Assembly (NCBI GenBank): GCA_019244185.1
Contig: JAFATB010000008.1
Location: 1-53,190 of the forward strand
Length of the DNA: 53,190 nt
Direction of reading: 5' to 3'
From: Acidobacteriota bacterium
GTDB lineage: Bacteria; Acidobacteriota; Thermoanaerobaculia; Gp7-AA8
Position 1 is the first letter of the stretch. Each line of letters starts with the position of its first letter. The notes below the pieces were generated by a model. The model saw nothing but the letters and a program-made list of their open reading frames with translations. It did not search any database and had not been told where the DNA came from. Position numbers and translations under genes: made by a program. Shown one piece after another: positions 1 through 7,859 of the stretch.

Positions 1-59
1 TGCATGTGTAAAGCACGCCGCCAGCGTTCATTCTGAGCCAGGATCAAACTCTCCAGTTT
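1..59 (-). rRNA. rrs: 16S rRNA gene, 5' end (partial, runs off the window)
   Basis: The reverse complement reads AGAGTTTGATCCTGGCTCAG-AATGAACGCTGGCGGCGTGCTTTACACATGCA. The universal 27F site is at 33-52. The mature 5' end (~59) is estimated from the usual offset. Confidence 0.97.
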
Positions 60-197
60 TATCTGTTGAATTTGAAGCTCTGACACCAGACAAACGTCTG
101 ATGCTTATTCGGATACTTCTTAGTTGTTTCTGTTGAGCCGCACCTTCACGGTACGCCTCAAAGGAATCACGTTTGCCTTCGTTGCTTTCCTATTCAG

Positions 198-209
198 TTG
201 TCAAAGAAC
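198..209 (-). promoter_or_regulatory. rrn leader boxA antitermination element
   Basis: The minus strand reads GTTCTTTGACAA, close to the boxA consensus GCTCTTTAACAA, and it lies between the rrn promoters and the 16S start. Confidence 0.8.
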
Positions 210-231
210 CGGCCTCGCCGAAAGGGCGGCT

Positions 232-260
232 AGATTGCCAGACCCCTCCGTCCGTGTCAA
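232..260 (-). promoter_or_regulatory. rrn P2-like sigma70 promoter
   Basis: TTGACA (255-260), 17-nt spacer, CAATCT (232-237) on the minus strand, upstream of boxA. Confidence 0.65.
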
Positions 261-369
261 GCGGAATGTGTCCGTTCGAACGAACCCATTCCGTCTGATG
301 CGGACGCGGTAACTCCCGGGATTGTGCTGCTGGAAAAGATCGAACGACTGGTTGCTGCAGGGACCGCGG

Positions 370-398
370 ATCTTAGTGCCGCGACGCGAGGTTGTCAA
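370..398 (-). promoter_or_regulatory. rrn P1-like sigma70 promoter
   Basis: TTGACA (393-398), 17-nt spacer, TAAGAT (370-375) on the minus strand, followed by GC-rich discriminator-like sequence. Confidence 0.8.
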
Positions 399-408
399 CT
401 TCGGCGTC

Positions 409-541
409 GGGACCCATCACAACGGGGCGAGGGGTGATGCTATTCCAAACCGTTGTGTCCGTGAGAGTTACTGCCGTGTTTCAAGGAGCGCTTCCCGCGT
501 TGGGGACCGTCGATAACGGGAGAGGGGTAGTGGCTATTCCA
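409..541. repeat. imperfect direct repeat (~39 nt, period 94) between the menE stop and rrn P1
   Basis: gggacccatcacaacggggcgaggggtgatgctattcca (409-447) versus gggaccgtcgataacgggagaggggtagtggctattcca (503-541). Confidence 0.55.
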
Positions 542-1586
542 GCGACTCCCGCAGCATCGCCACGAGCGCCGCACGCTTCAGTTTGCCGAGCGGCGTTCGC
601 GGGATTTCAGCGACCTGATGCACGCGCCGCGCGCGCTCGAACGGATGCACGCGCGCGTCGTAATCACGCACAATCGCCGCCCAGTCAAGGCGCGTCTCCA
701 CCGCCAGATGAATGACGAAGCCGAGCCGCGCATCCGGCACCGCGACGACCGCCGCGCCATCGCCCGCAAGCCCCGCCACAATACGGTCGAGCCGGCTCAA
801 ATCGACTGATTCGCCGCCGATCTTGATGAACTCGCCCGCACGTCCGGCAATGTGCAAGACACACCCATCGACGCTGCCGCGGTCTTCTGTCAGGAACCAG
901 CCGTCGCGTTTGGGATCGGTAAAGCCCGCCTCGGTCGCATAGCCGGTCAACAGCGACTCACTGCGCAACGCCAGGCGGCCGCCTGCCTCGACACGCGCTT
1001 CGACGTGACGGAGCAATACGAGCTCAGGCGATGCGAGCGTGGCAGTCGCGACCTGCGAGCAGCATTCCGTCATGCCGTAACTCGGCAGCACGGGCCAGCC
1101 GAGCTCGCGCGCGCCGTCATACAGATCGTCTGAAAACGCACCGCCGCCCACAACGATCGCGCGCAGCCCGCGCGGCGCACGCAACCCTGCTTCGACGAGG
1201 TCGCGCACTTGCGCCGGCACCAGCGATGCCAGCGTGATCTCGTCCATCGACGCGAACGCCCCCGCATCCCATGTCGCCGCAATGACGCGCGCGCCGGACA
1301 GATACGCGCGTGCATAGATGCCAAGGCCGCCGACGTGAAACGTGGGAAGCACGCAACACCAGACGTCGCGCGCGTCCGACTCGAGATGCCGATTGACCGC
1401 CGCGGCCGATGCGAGCAACGCGCGCTTCGACAACGCCGTGAGCTTCAGAGCGCCGCTGGTGCCCGACGTCGCCAGCCAGACGTGCGCGGGAAGCGACACG
1501 ACGAACGACTCCAGCGCGCGCCGCTCCGCGTCCGGCATGCGCGGATTGAGCAGGACGTGCGACGCATCGCTCGTCCAGTCGATCAT
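534..1586 (-). CDS. menE: o-succinylbenzoate-CoA ligase (short, ~350 aa)
   Basis: Adenylate-forming motifs TSGTSG..K, LPTFHVGG, SYGMTE, TED.G, FIKIGGE and PRTPLGK. ATG at 1586 overlaps the menC stop (ATGA). Lies in the men cluster. Confidence 0.9.
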   Translation of the reverse strand: MIDWTSDASHVLLNPRMPDAERRALESFVVSLPAHVWLATSGTSGALKLTALSKRALLASAAAVNRHLESDARDVWCCVLPTFHVGGLGIYARAYLSGARVIAATWDAGAFASMDEITLASLVPAQVRDLVEAGLRAPRGLRAIVVGGGAFSDDLYDGARELGWPVLPSYGMTECCSQVATATLASPELVLLRHVEARVEAGGRLALRSESLLTGYATEAGFTDPKRDGWFLTEDRGSVDGCVLHIAGRAGEFIKIGGESVDLSRLDRIVAGLAGDGAAVVAVPDARLGFVIHLAVETRLDWAAIVRDYDARVHPFERARRVHQVAEIPRTPLGKLKRAALVAMLRESLE

Positions 1587-2437
1587 TGCAGCCGCGTCCA
1601 CGACTGCGCCTCGAGCAGTTCGTCGAAGCCGATGCCGGTTCCTTCGGGCGGCAGCAGCCGCGCGCCGTCCGCACGCACGCGCGCGAAAAACTCGTTCGGC
1701 TCGTACAGCACGTGCGTAAACAGCCCGCAGCGCGCGCTCACGTCTTGCGCGTGTTGCGCCGCGACATACGCCGCGCCGAACTGTCCCACCGGATGATCCA
1801 TCGACGACGTGACCACGAACTCGCCGTTGAATCGCGGCAACGCGACGCCGCGCGACGGCTTGTGCACGAGCACGGCGAATGCTCCCGGACCGCGCCGCGT
1901 GCCCGCGCGATCGAACGCGAGCCGCAGCCCCGTGCGCTCACTGAGCATCCGCCATTGATCCGCGTCGTAAGCGCAGGGATCCTCGACGAAATCGACCCGC
2001 TCGCGCGGCAGCGTTTCCGCGATGCGCACGAATTCGTCCGCCGTCAGCGTCGCGTTGAAGTCGAGCCGCAGCCGCACGCGCGGCGGGATCACATCGGCCG
2101 TCTTCAGCTTGACGGTATCGAACGCTTCCGGCGGCTCCGCGCCCGGCCAGTGGCTCTCCGGAATCGTCAGTCCTTCAAAGAGCGACACGCCGCGCCGCCG
2201 CGCCTCGCCGTCGGTGCGCGCGAATTCGAGCGACGCGCGCGTGAGCGCCGTCGTCTGCCCGCGCGCGAGCAGCGCCAGCTGTGCGCTCAGTGGCAGATCG
2301 CCCAGCTCCGGCCACGGATGCACATCCGCGAATCCGTCATCGACGCGCAGCAACGCGCCTTCGCGCGCAGCATCGCCCGCCACGGCGCTGAGGCGCCGCC
2401 GCGGGACGAGCGTGTAACGCGAATACCAGATGCTCAT
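1583..2437 (-). CDS. menC: o-succinylbenzoate synthase (enolase superfamily)
   Basis: KLK, LRLDFNA, FVEDP, AFDR and HKPS catalytic/metal motifs, plus DVHPWPELGD. Start overlaps the menA stop (ATGA). Confidence 0.85.
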   Translation of the reverse strand: MSIWYSRYTLVPRRRLSAVAGDAAREGALLRVDDGFADVHPWPELGDLPLSAQLALLARGQTTALTRASLEFARTDGEARRRGVSLFEGLTIPESHWPGAEPPEAFDTVKLKTADVIPPRVRLRLDFNATLTADEFVRIAETLPRERVDFVEDPCAYDADQWRMLSERTGLRLAFDRAGTRRGPGAFAVLVHKPSRGVALPRFNGEFVVTSSMDHPVGQFGAAYVAAQHAQDVSARCGLFTHVLYEPNEFFARVRADGARLLPPEGTGIGFDELLEAQSWTRLQ

Positions 2438-3306
2438 CCGATGACGCTTCCCAGCACGAACAACAACCCGAAGGCCCACTGCAGCGCGCCGGCGATGCCG
2501 AGGCAGCGATTGAGCTCCGCGCCGTTGCTGCGTGCGACGCGCACGAGCAGCATGATGGCGAGCGGTAGCGCGACGAGCGGCAGCAGCAGCCAGCGATCAT
2601 CGCGCATCCACGCGACGAGCGCGTCGGCCGCGAACGGCGCCAGCGCGAAGAACGCGATCTCCGCGCGCGCGAACCGCGTGCCGAAGCGCACCACCGTCGT
2701 GCGCTTGTTGCTGCGGCGATCGCCGTCGACGTCGCGCAGATTGTTGATGACGAGCAGCACGGTCGCGAGCGCGCCGGCGGCGAATCCCGCGACCAGCGCG
2801 GAGCGCGTCAGCTGCAGCGAATGCGCGTAGAACGTGCCGCCGACGGCGATGAAGCCGAAGAAGACGATCACGAACAGCTCGCCGAGACCGTGATACGCGA
2901 GCGGATAGGGGCCGCCCGTATACAGATACGCGGCGGCGATCGACGCGAGTCCGACCAGCAGCATCGGCCAGCCGCAGCGATAGAGCAGCGGAATGCCGCA
3001 GATCGCCGCGAAGAACAGACAGAGCCACGCCGCGCGCATGACGCCTTCCGCGCTGATGAGCCCCGCCTGCGTCACGCGCAGCGGACCGAGTCGCTGGCCG
3101 GTGTCCGCGCCCTTTTTGAAATCCAACGCGTCGTTGATGAAGTTCGTCGCGACCTGAATCATCACGGCGCCCACGAGCGCGCAGACGAACACCCACCAGC
3201 GCACGCCGGCCGGCTCGTGTGCCGCGAGCGCGCTGCCGATCAGCACCGGCACGACCGCGGCCGACAGCGTCTTCGGCCGCGCCGCGAGAATCCACGGACC
3301 GATCAC
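2434..3306 (-). CDS. menA: 1,4-dihydroxy-2-naphthoate polyprenyltransferase
   Basis: [36 protein letters not shown] and NNLRDVDGD motifs in a multi-TM protein. GTG start overlaps the menB stop. Confidence 0.95.
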   Translation of the reverse strand: MIGPWILAARPKTLSAAVVPVLIGSALAAHEPAGVRWWVFVCALVGAVMIQVATNFINDALDFKKGADTGQRLGPLRVTQAGLISAEGVMRAAWLCLFFAAICGIPLLYRCGWPMLLVGLASIAAAYLYTGGPYPLAYHGLGELFVIVFFGFIAVGGTFYAHSLQLTRSALVAGFAAGALATVLLVINNLRDVDGDRRSNKRTTVVRFGTRFARAEIAFFALAPFAADALVAWMRDDRWLLLPLVALPLAIMLLVRVARSNGAELNRCLGIAGALQWAFGLLFVLGSVIG

Positions 3307-4127
3307 GGGAAGCGCGGGAACTTCGCGAAGTCGGGCTTCCGCTTCTCCACGAACGCGTCGCGCCCTTCCTGCGCCTCTTCGGAAAGGTAATACAGCAGCG
3401 TCGCGCTGCCGCCGAAGTCGAGCAGCCCGACCTGGCCGTCGCAGTCGGCGTTCATCGCGGCCTTCAGGAAGCGCAGCGCCATCGGCGAGAGCGCGAGCAT
3501 CTCGCGGCACCACTGCAGCGTTTCTTCCTCGAGCCGTTCGAGCGGCACGACCGTGTTGATGAGTCCCATCGACAGCGCCTGCTGCGCGTCGTACTGGCGG
3601 CACAAAAACCAGATCTCGCGCGCTTTCTTCTGGCCGATGATGCGGGCGAGGTAGGTCGAGCCGAGTCCGGCGTCGAAGGAGCCGACGCGCGGGCCGGTCT
3701 GGCCGAAGCGCGCGTTTTCCGCGGCGATGGTGAGGTCGCAGACGACGTGCAGCACGTGGCCGCCGCCGATCGCGTAGCCCGCCACCATGGCCACGACCGG
3801 CTTGGGCAGACTGCGAATCTGCTTCTGCACGTCGAGGATGTTGAGGCGCGGGATTTTCTCTTTCGGATCGACGTAGCCGCCTTTGCCGCGAACGCGCTGA
3901 TCGCCACCGGAGCAGAACGCCTCGTTGCCTTCGCCGGTGAGGATGACGACGCCGATTTCGCCGTCGTCGCGCGCCATGTCGAACGCCTCCTTCAACTCCC
4001 CCACCGTTTTCGGCCGGAACGCGTTGCGCACCTCGGGACGATTGATCGTGATCTTCGCGATTCCGTCGTCGGTGCGCTCGTACTTGATGTCTTCGAAGTC
4101 GTGCAGCTTGTGCCAGGTTTCAGCCAT
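3303..4127 (-). CDS. menB: 1,4-dihydroxy-2-naphthoyl-CoA synthase
   Basis: [34 protein letters not shown] and [10 protein letters not shown] motifs, ending in FPRFP. Confidence 0.97.
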   Translation of the reverse strand: MAETWHKLHDFEDIKYERTDDGIAKITINRPEVRNAFRPKTVGELKEAFDMARDDGEIGVVILTGEGNEAFCSGGDQRVRGKGGYVDPKEKIPRLNILDVQKQIRSLPKPVVAMVAGYAIGGGHVLHVVCDLTIAAENARFGQTGPRVGSFDAGLGSTYLARIIGQKKAREIWFLCRQYDAQQALSMGLINTVVPLERLEEETLQWCREMLALSPMALRFLKAAMNADCDGQVGLLDFGGSATLLYYLSEEAQEGRDAFVEKRKPDFAKFPRFP

Positions 4128-4137
4128 GCACCGCACG

Positions 4138-4731
4138 TTATTGCAATCGGAGGAACGTTCGCAATCGCGCGACGAACCGCTCCGGCTGCTCCCACGGCAC
4201 GCGATGTCCCGCGTCGGGGCAGACCCACAGCTCCGCGTGCGGCAGACGCGCGACCGCGCGTTGCGCGACGTCGACATATTTCGCGTCGCGCGCGCCGGCG
4301 ATCCAGAGCAGCGGCGTCTCGATCGACTCGAGCCGCGGCGGCGGCAGCACGGCCGGCGAAGACTCGCGCAGCATGCGCGCGAGCTCGCGGCGGTCATAGT
4401 CTTCTTCGCGGCGTTCGACGACGTGGCCGCCGAACACCGGCTGCGCGTTCCAATCGCGCATCAGCGACGGCCAGGCGTCCGTCTCGAAACGCCGCGCCCA
4501 TTCCTCGTCGCGGCGCACGCGCTCGTCGTCGGGCGCATTGAGCCCCGCGGAGACGATGACCGCCTTCGCCACGCGTTGCGTTTCGAGCGCGCGCAACGCG
4601 AGCCGGCCGCCCATCGAGTAGCCGATCAGTACGTCGTCGTCGTGCAGCGTTCCGTCGTACGGCACGTGCGGCCACGGAAGGAAATCCCAATCCGACGCGA
4701 GGCCGAGAAAGCCGGAGAGCGTGCGGATCAT
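4138..4731 (-). CDS. menH: SHCHC synthase, alpha/beta hydrolase (short)
   Basis: GFLG, GYSMGGR nucleophile elbow, GARDAKY and AGHRVP. ATG overlaps the stop of the menD C-terminal part. Confidence 0.85.
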   Translation of the reverse strand: MIRTLSGFLGLASDWDFLPWPHVPYDGTLHDDDVLIGYSMGGRLALRALETQRVAKAVIVSAGLNAPDDERVRRDEEWARRFETDAWPSLMRDWNAQPVFGGHVVERREEDYDRRELARMLRESSPAVLPPPRLESIETPLLWIAGARDAKYVDVAQRAVARLPHAELWVCPDAGHRVPWEQPERFVARLRTFLRLQ

Positions 4732-5654
4732 GCCCACAGCTCGTCGTACTTTTGCCAGGCGCGCTTCGACGACTCTTCGTCCGGCAGCAGCTCGGTGACG
4801 TCGATGTCCCACATGCGCGCCCAGCGCTGGAAGTGCACCTCGTGCACGTTCTCGATGAGACGCTCGCGCAGTTTCGGATCGAGCGCACGCAGCGAGCCGA
4901 CGCGCGAGAAAATGCGGCCGCCGCGGTTGTTGATGATGATGATGCGGAAGCGGCGGTGGCCGAGCTGCGGCACGATCCACGGCGCGTTGAGGTCGTAGAT
5001 CGCGGTGAGATCGCCGACGATGCAGACGTTGTCGCGCGACGGCTCGCACCAGCCGAAGAAGGTCGAGAGCTGGCCGTCGATGCCGTTCGCGCCGCGGTTC
5101 GCCTCGTACGTGAAGCCGCGCGGAGCGCGCGTCGCGGCGAGGTCCCATTCGCGGATGGGCAGACTGTTGCCGAGGTAGACGCGCGTCTCGACACGAAGCT
5201 CGAGCGACAGCGCGCGGAACATCGCGAGCTCCGAGTGCGGCTCCTCGTCGAGAATCTTCGCGAAGCGTTCCGCGTACTCGCGATCGCGCGCGAAAAACGC
5301 CTCGTCACGCCGCATCGGTCTGCGTTCCGGCAACGCGTCGAGCGGGCGCAGCTCGCCGCGCGTGAGCCCCGTGAACGGCAGCGCGCTGTAGTGCACGACC
5401 GGCAGGTCGTTGCTTTCGAGATCACGCCAGAAGCGCAGCGTCGGCACGTTGCCGACGCGCACGACGCCGTCGAAGTTGCCGCGCGCGAGCATGCGTTCGC
5501 CCGACGTGATCAGCGGCAGCTCGCGATCCTCGCGCAATCCGGAGAGCGGCTCGGCATAGACCGGCGCGTTGAGCCGCAGCGCGAACGCCTTCACGCGCGC
5601 GCGGTCGCGCGCCGCGAGTCCGCCGATGAGCACGAGCGGGCGTTTCATAGCCAT
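4728..5654 (-). CDS. menD: SEPHCHC synthase MenD, middle and C-terminal (ThDP-binding) domains
   Basis: GNSLPIREWD, ANRGANGIDGQLST and the GDLTAIYDLN...INNRGG ThDP motif. Starts 1 nt after the stop of the N-terminal part. Confidence 0.88.
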   Translation of the reverse strand: MAMKRPLVLIGGLAARDRARVKAFALRLNAPVYAEPLSGLREDRELPLITSGERMLARGNFDGVVRVGNVPTLRFWRDLESNDLPVVHYSALPFTGLTRGELRPLDALPERRPMRRDEAFFARDREYAERFAKILDEEPHSELAMFRALSLELRVETRVYLGNSLPIREWDLAATRAPRGFTYEANRGANGIDGQLSTFFGWCEPSRDNVCIVGDLTAIYDLNAPWIVPQLGHRRFRIIIINNRGGRIFSRVGSLRALDPKLRERLIENVHEVHFQRWARMWDIDVTELLPDEESSKRAWQKYDELWA

Positions 5655-5655
5655 C

Positions 5656-6099
5656 TCATAGCAGCGGCTCGTCGAACTCGATGTTGAGATGCAGCGGCCG
5701 CGCGCGCGACCACGTCTCGAGCGCCGTTTCCGCGTACACGCCGAAGATGCCGACCTGCTCGATCGACTGCGGCGCGCCGGTGCCACGGTAACGAGCAGGC
5801 CGATCGGCCGAGACCAGCACGAGCGGCAGCCCCGCGTAATGCGCCTCGATCGTCGCGGGCAGGAGCTCCGCGACCGCGGTGCCGGACGTCGTCACGACGG
5901 CGACCGGATTGCCGTGCAGCTTCATGCGGCCGATCGCGAAGAACGCGGCGGAGCGCTCGTCGACGAACGAGTAACAGACTTCGTTGCCGAGGACCGCGAG
6001 GAGCGGACTGTTGCGCGAGCCGGCGCAGACGCAGAATTCGGTGGCGCCGGCGGCACGGATGCTCGCGATCAAACTCCGCGCGCGGTCGACGTTATTCAT
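5656..6099 (-). CDS. menD: SEPHCHC synthase MenD, N-terminal (PYR) domain
   Basis: [43 protein letters not shown] and [10 protein letters not shown] followed by a stop. Confidence 0.9.
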   Translation of the reverse strand: MNNVDRARSLIASIRAAGATEFCVCAGSRNSPLLAVLGNEVCYSFVDERSAAFFAIGRMKLHGNPVAVVTTSGTAVAELLPATIEAHYAGLPLVLVSADRPARYRGTGAPQSIEQVGIFGVYAETALETWSRARPLHLNIEFDEPLL

Positions 6100-7144
6100 G
6101 TGCCGACGCGACCCACGCCGCCGACTCGATGCCGAAGAGCGCCTTCACCTGATCGCGCTTCTGCCGCAGCTCGTCGAACTCGCGATCGAGGCGGCTCTCC
6201 GGCAGCAGCCCGACGCCCGAGCCGATGCGAATGCGCTCGCCCGTCCACTGGATGTTGCGGATGGAAACGAGCGCGAGCGCCGAGCGATCGGGACGCTCAA
6301 TGCCGAACGGCGCGCCGAAGGTCCGCCGCTTCACGCCGCGATCCGCCTCGCGCAGCCAGCGTTCGCCCGCGGGGCTGCGCGGCGAGACGCCGAGGGCCGC
6401 GGTCGGATGCAGGCGGCGGATCATCTCCGCGAATGACATCTTCTCCGAGCCGCCCGCTTCGGCGAAAAAGATCGGCGTCATCAGATGCGCGATGCCGGGC
6501 AGGCGCAGCAAACCGTACGGCCCGATCTCGACGTTGCCGAACGGCGCGAGCCTGCGCACGATGTCGTCGACGACGAGGCGGTGCTCGCGGCGCTCTTTCG
6601 GATCGACGAGCAGCTCTTCCGCGCGCGCGACCGGCCGCGTGCCCGCGAGCGCCATCGTGCGATAGCCGTGCGCTTCCGCCTGGAAGAGCAGCTCCGGCGT
6701 CGCGCCGATCATCCCGTGATCGTTGTACGAGTAGCCGTATGCGTGCAGCCCCGGCGGCAACTGCGCGAGCCGCCGCAGAAAGTGACTCCACCATTGGCCG
6801 CGGCGCGTGAAGCGGCCGGACTCGAACACCACCGGCACGATCTTGTTGAAGTCGCCGCGCGCCATCGCCGCGTGCGCGGATTCGAACAGCGGCGCGAAGT
6901 CGCCGAGCGCGGGCGGCTGCCATTCGACTTCCGGCGCGTCGTCCGCGTCGAACCGCGCCGCGAGCTCGTCGAACGAGAGCTCTTCCCATTCCGCCGGATG
7001 CCGCCACGGGTGCACGTCATCGAGGAAAAAGTCGCTGACGTAAAATGCCGGCCGCTCCGACCGGCGAAACGGCAACTGCTCGAACGGTCCCCAGCCGACG
7101 AACGCGCGCGCCGGGGCGGTCTGAACGAACGCGAAGTCGCGCAT
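6092..7144 (-). CDS. menF: isochorismate synthase (chorismate-binding enzyme)
   Basis: [29 protein letters not shown] and IRNIQW...GSGVG motifs. First gene of the men operon. Confidence 0.85.
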   Translation of the reverse strand: MRDFAFVQTAPARAFVGWGPFEQLPFRRSERPAFYVSDFFLDDVHPWRHPAEWEELSFDELAARFDADDAPEVEWQPPALGDFAPLFESAHAAMARGDFNKIVPVVFESGRFTRRGQWWSHFLRRLAQLPPGLHAYGYSYNDHGMIGATPELLFQAEAHGYRTMALAGTRPVARAEELLVDPKERREHRLVVDDIVRRLAPFGNVEIGPYGLLRLPGIAHLMTPIFFAEAGGSEKMSFAEMIRRLHPTAALGVSPRSPAGERWLREADRGVKRRTFGAPFGIERPDRSALALVSIRNIQWTGERIRIGSGVGLLPESRLDREFDELRQKRDQVKALFGIESAAWVASAHE

Positions 7145-7157
7145 CGCGCGTGATTGT

Positions 7158-7859
7158 ATGACCAACTACACCGGCCCCGACCCGGCGAACATCCGCTCGA
7201 TGTTCGCGTCGATCGCAACGCGTTACGACCGCGCGAATACCGTGCTGTCCGCCGGCGTGCATCACCTCTGGCGGCGCAAAGCGGTGCGGCGTTCCGAGGC
7301 CAAAGAAGGGGATGCGATCCTCGACTGCGCGACCGGCACGGGCGACCTCGCGATCGCGTTTGCAAAGCAAGTCGGCGCGCGCGGCCGCGTCGTCGGAACC
7401 GACTTCGTTCCCGAGATGCTGACGCTCGCGCGCGCGAAGGCGCCGTCGATCACGTTCGAAGTCGCGGACGTCACGCAGCTGCCGTACGCCGATGCGAGCT
7501 TCGACGTCGCGTCGATCTCGTTCGGCATCCGCAACGTCGGCGATCCGCGCAAAGGCATCGCGGAGATGGCGCGCGTCGTTCGCCCCGGCGGACGCGTCAT
7601 CGTGCTCGAGTTCGGACAGCCGCAAAACCGCCTCTTCGCCGCGCTGTACGACATCTACTCCCGCCGCATCCTCCCCCGCCTCGGCGGACTCGTGACCGGC
7701 CAGCGCGACGCGTACGCGTATCTCGAGCGCTCCGCGGGACGCTTCCCCTGCGGCGACGACTTCGCCGCGCTCATGCGCGACGCCGCCGATTTCGCGAGCG
7801 TCACGTACGAGCCGCTGACCTTCGGCATTGCTTACCTGTATAAAGGTATAAAGCGTTAA
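7158..7859 (+). CDS. ubiE: demethylmenaquinone methyltransferase (UbiE/MenG)
   Basis: MFASIATRYDRAN, LDCATGTGD, SFGIRNV, EMARVVRPGG and AYAYL motifs. Confidence 0.95.
   Translation: MTNYTGPDPANIRSMFASIATRYDRANTVLSAGVHHLWRRKAVRRSEAKEGDAILDCATGTGDLAIAFAKQVGARGRVVGTDFVPEMLTLARAKAPSITFEVADVTQLPYADASFDVASISFGIRNVGDPRKGIAEMARVVRPGGRVIVLEFGQPQNRLFAALYDIYSRRILPRLGGLVTGQRDAYAYLERSAGRFPCGDDFAALMRDAADFASVTYEPLTFGIAYLYKGIKR

Noticed and set aside
124-516. Short ORFs in the first 500 nt
   Set aside because: They overlap the rRNA leader, boxA and promoters, and show no coding signature.
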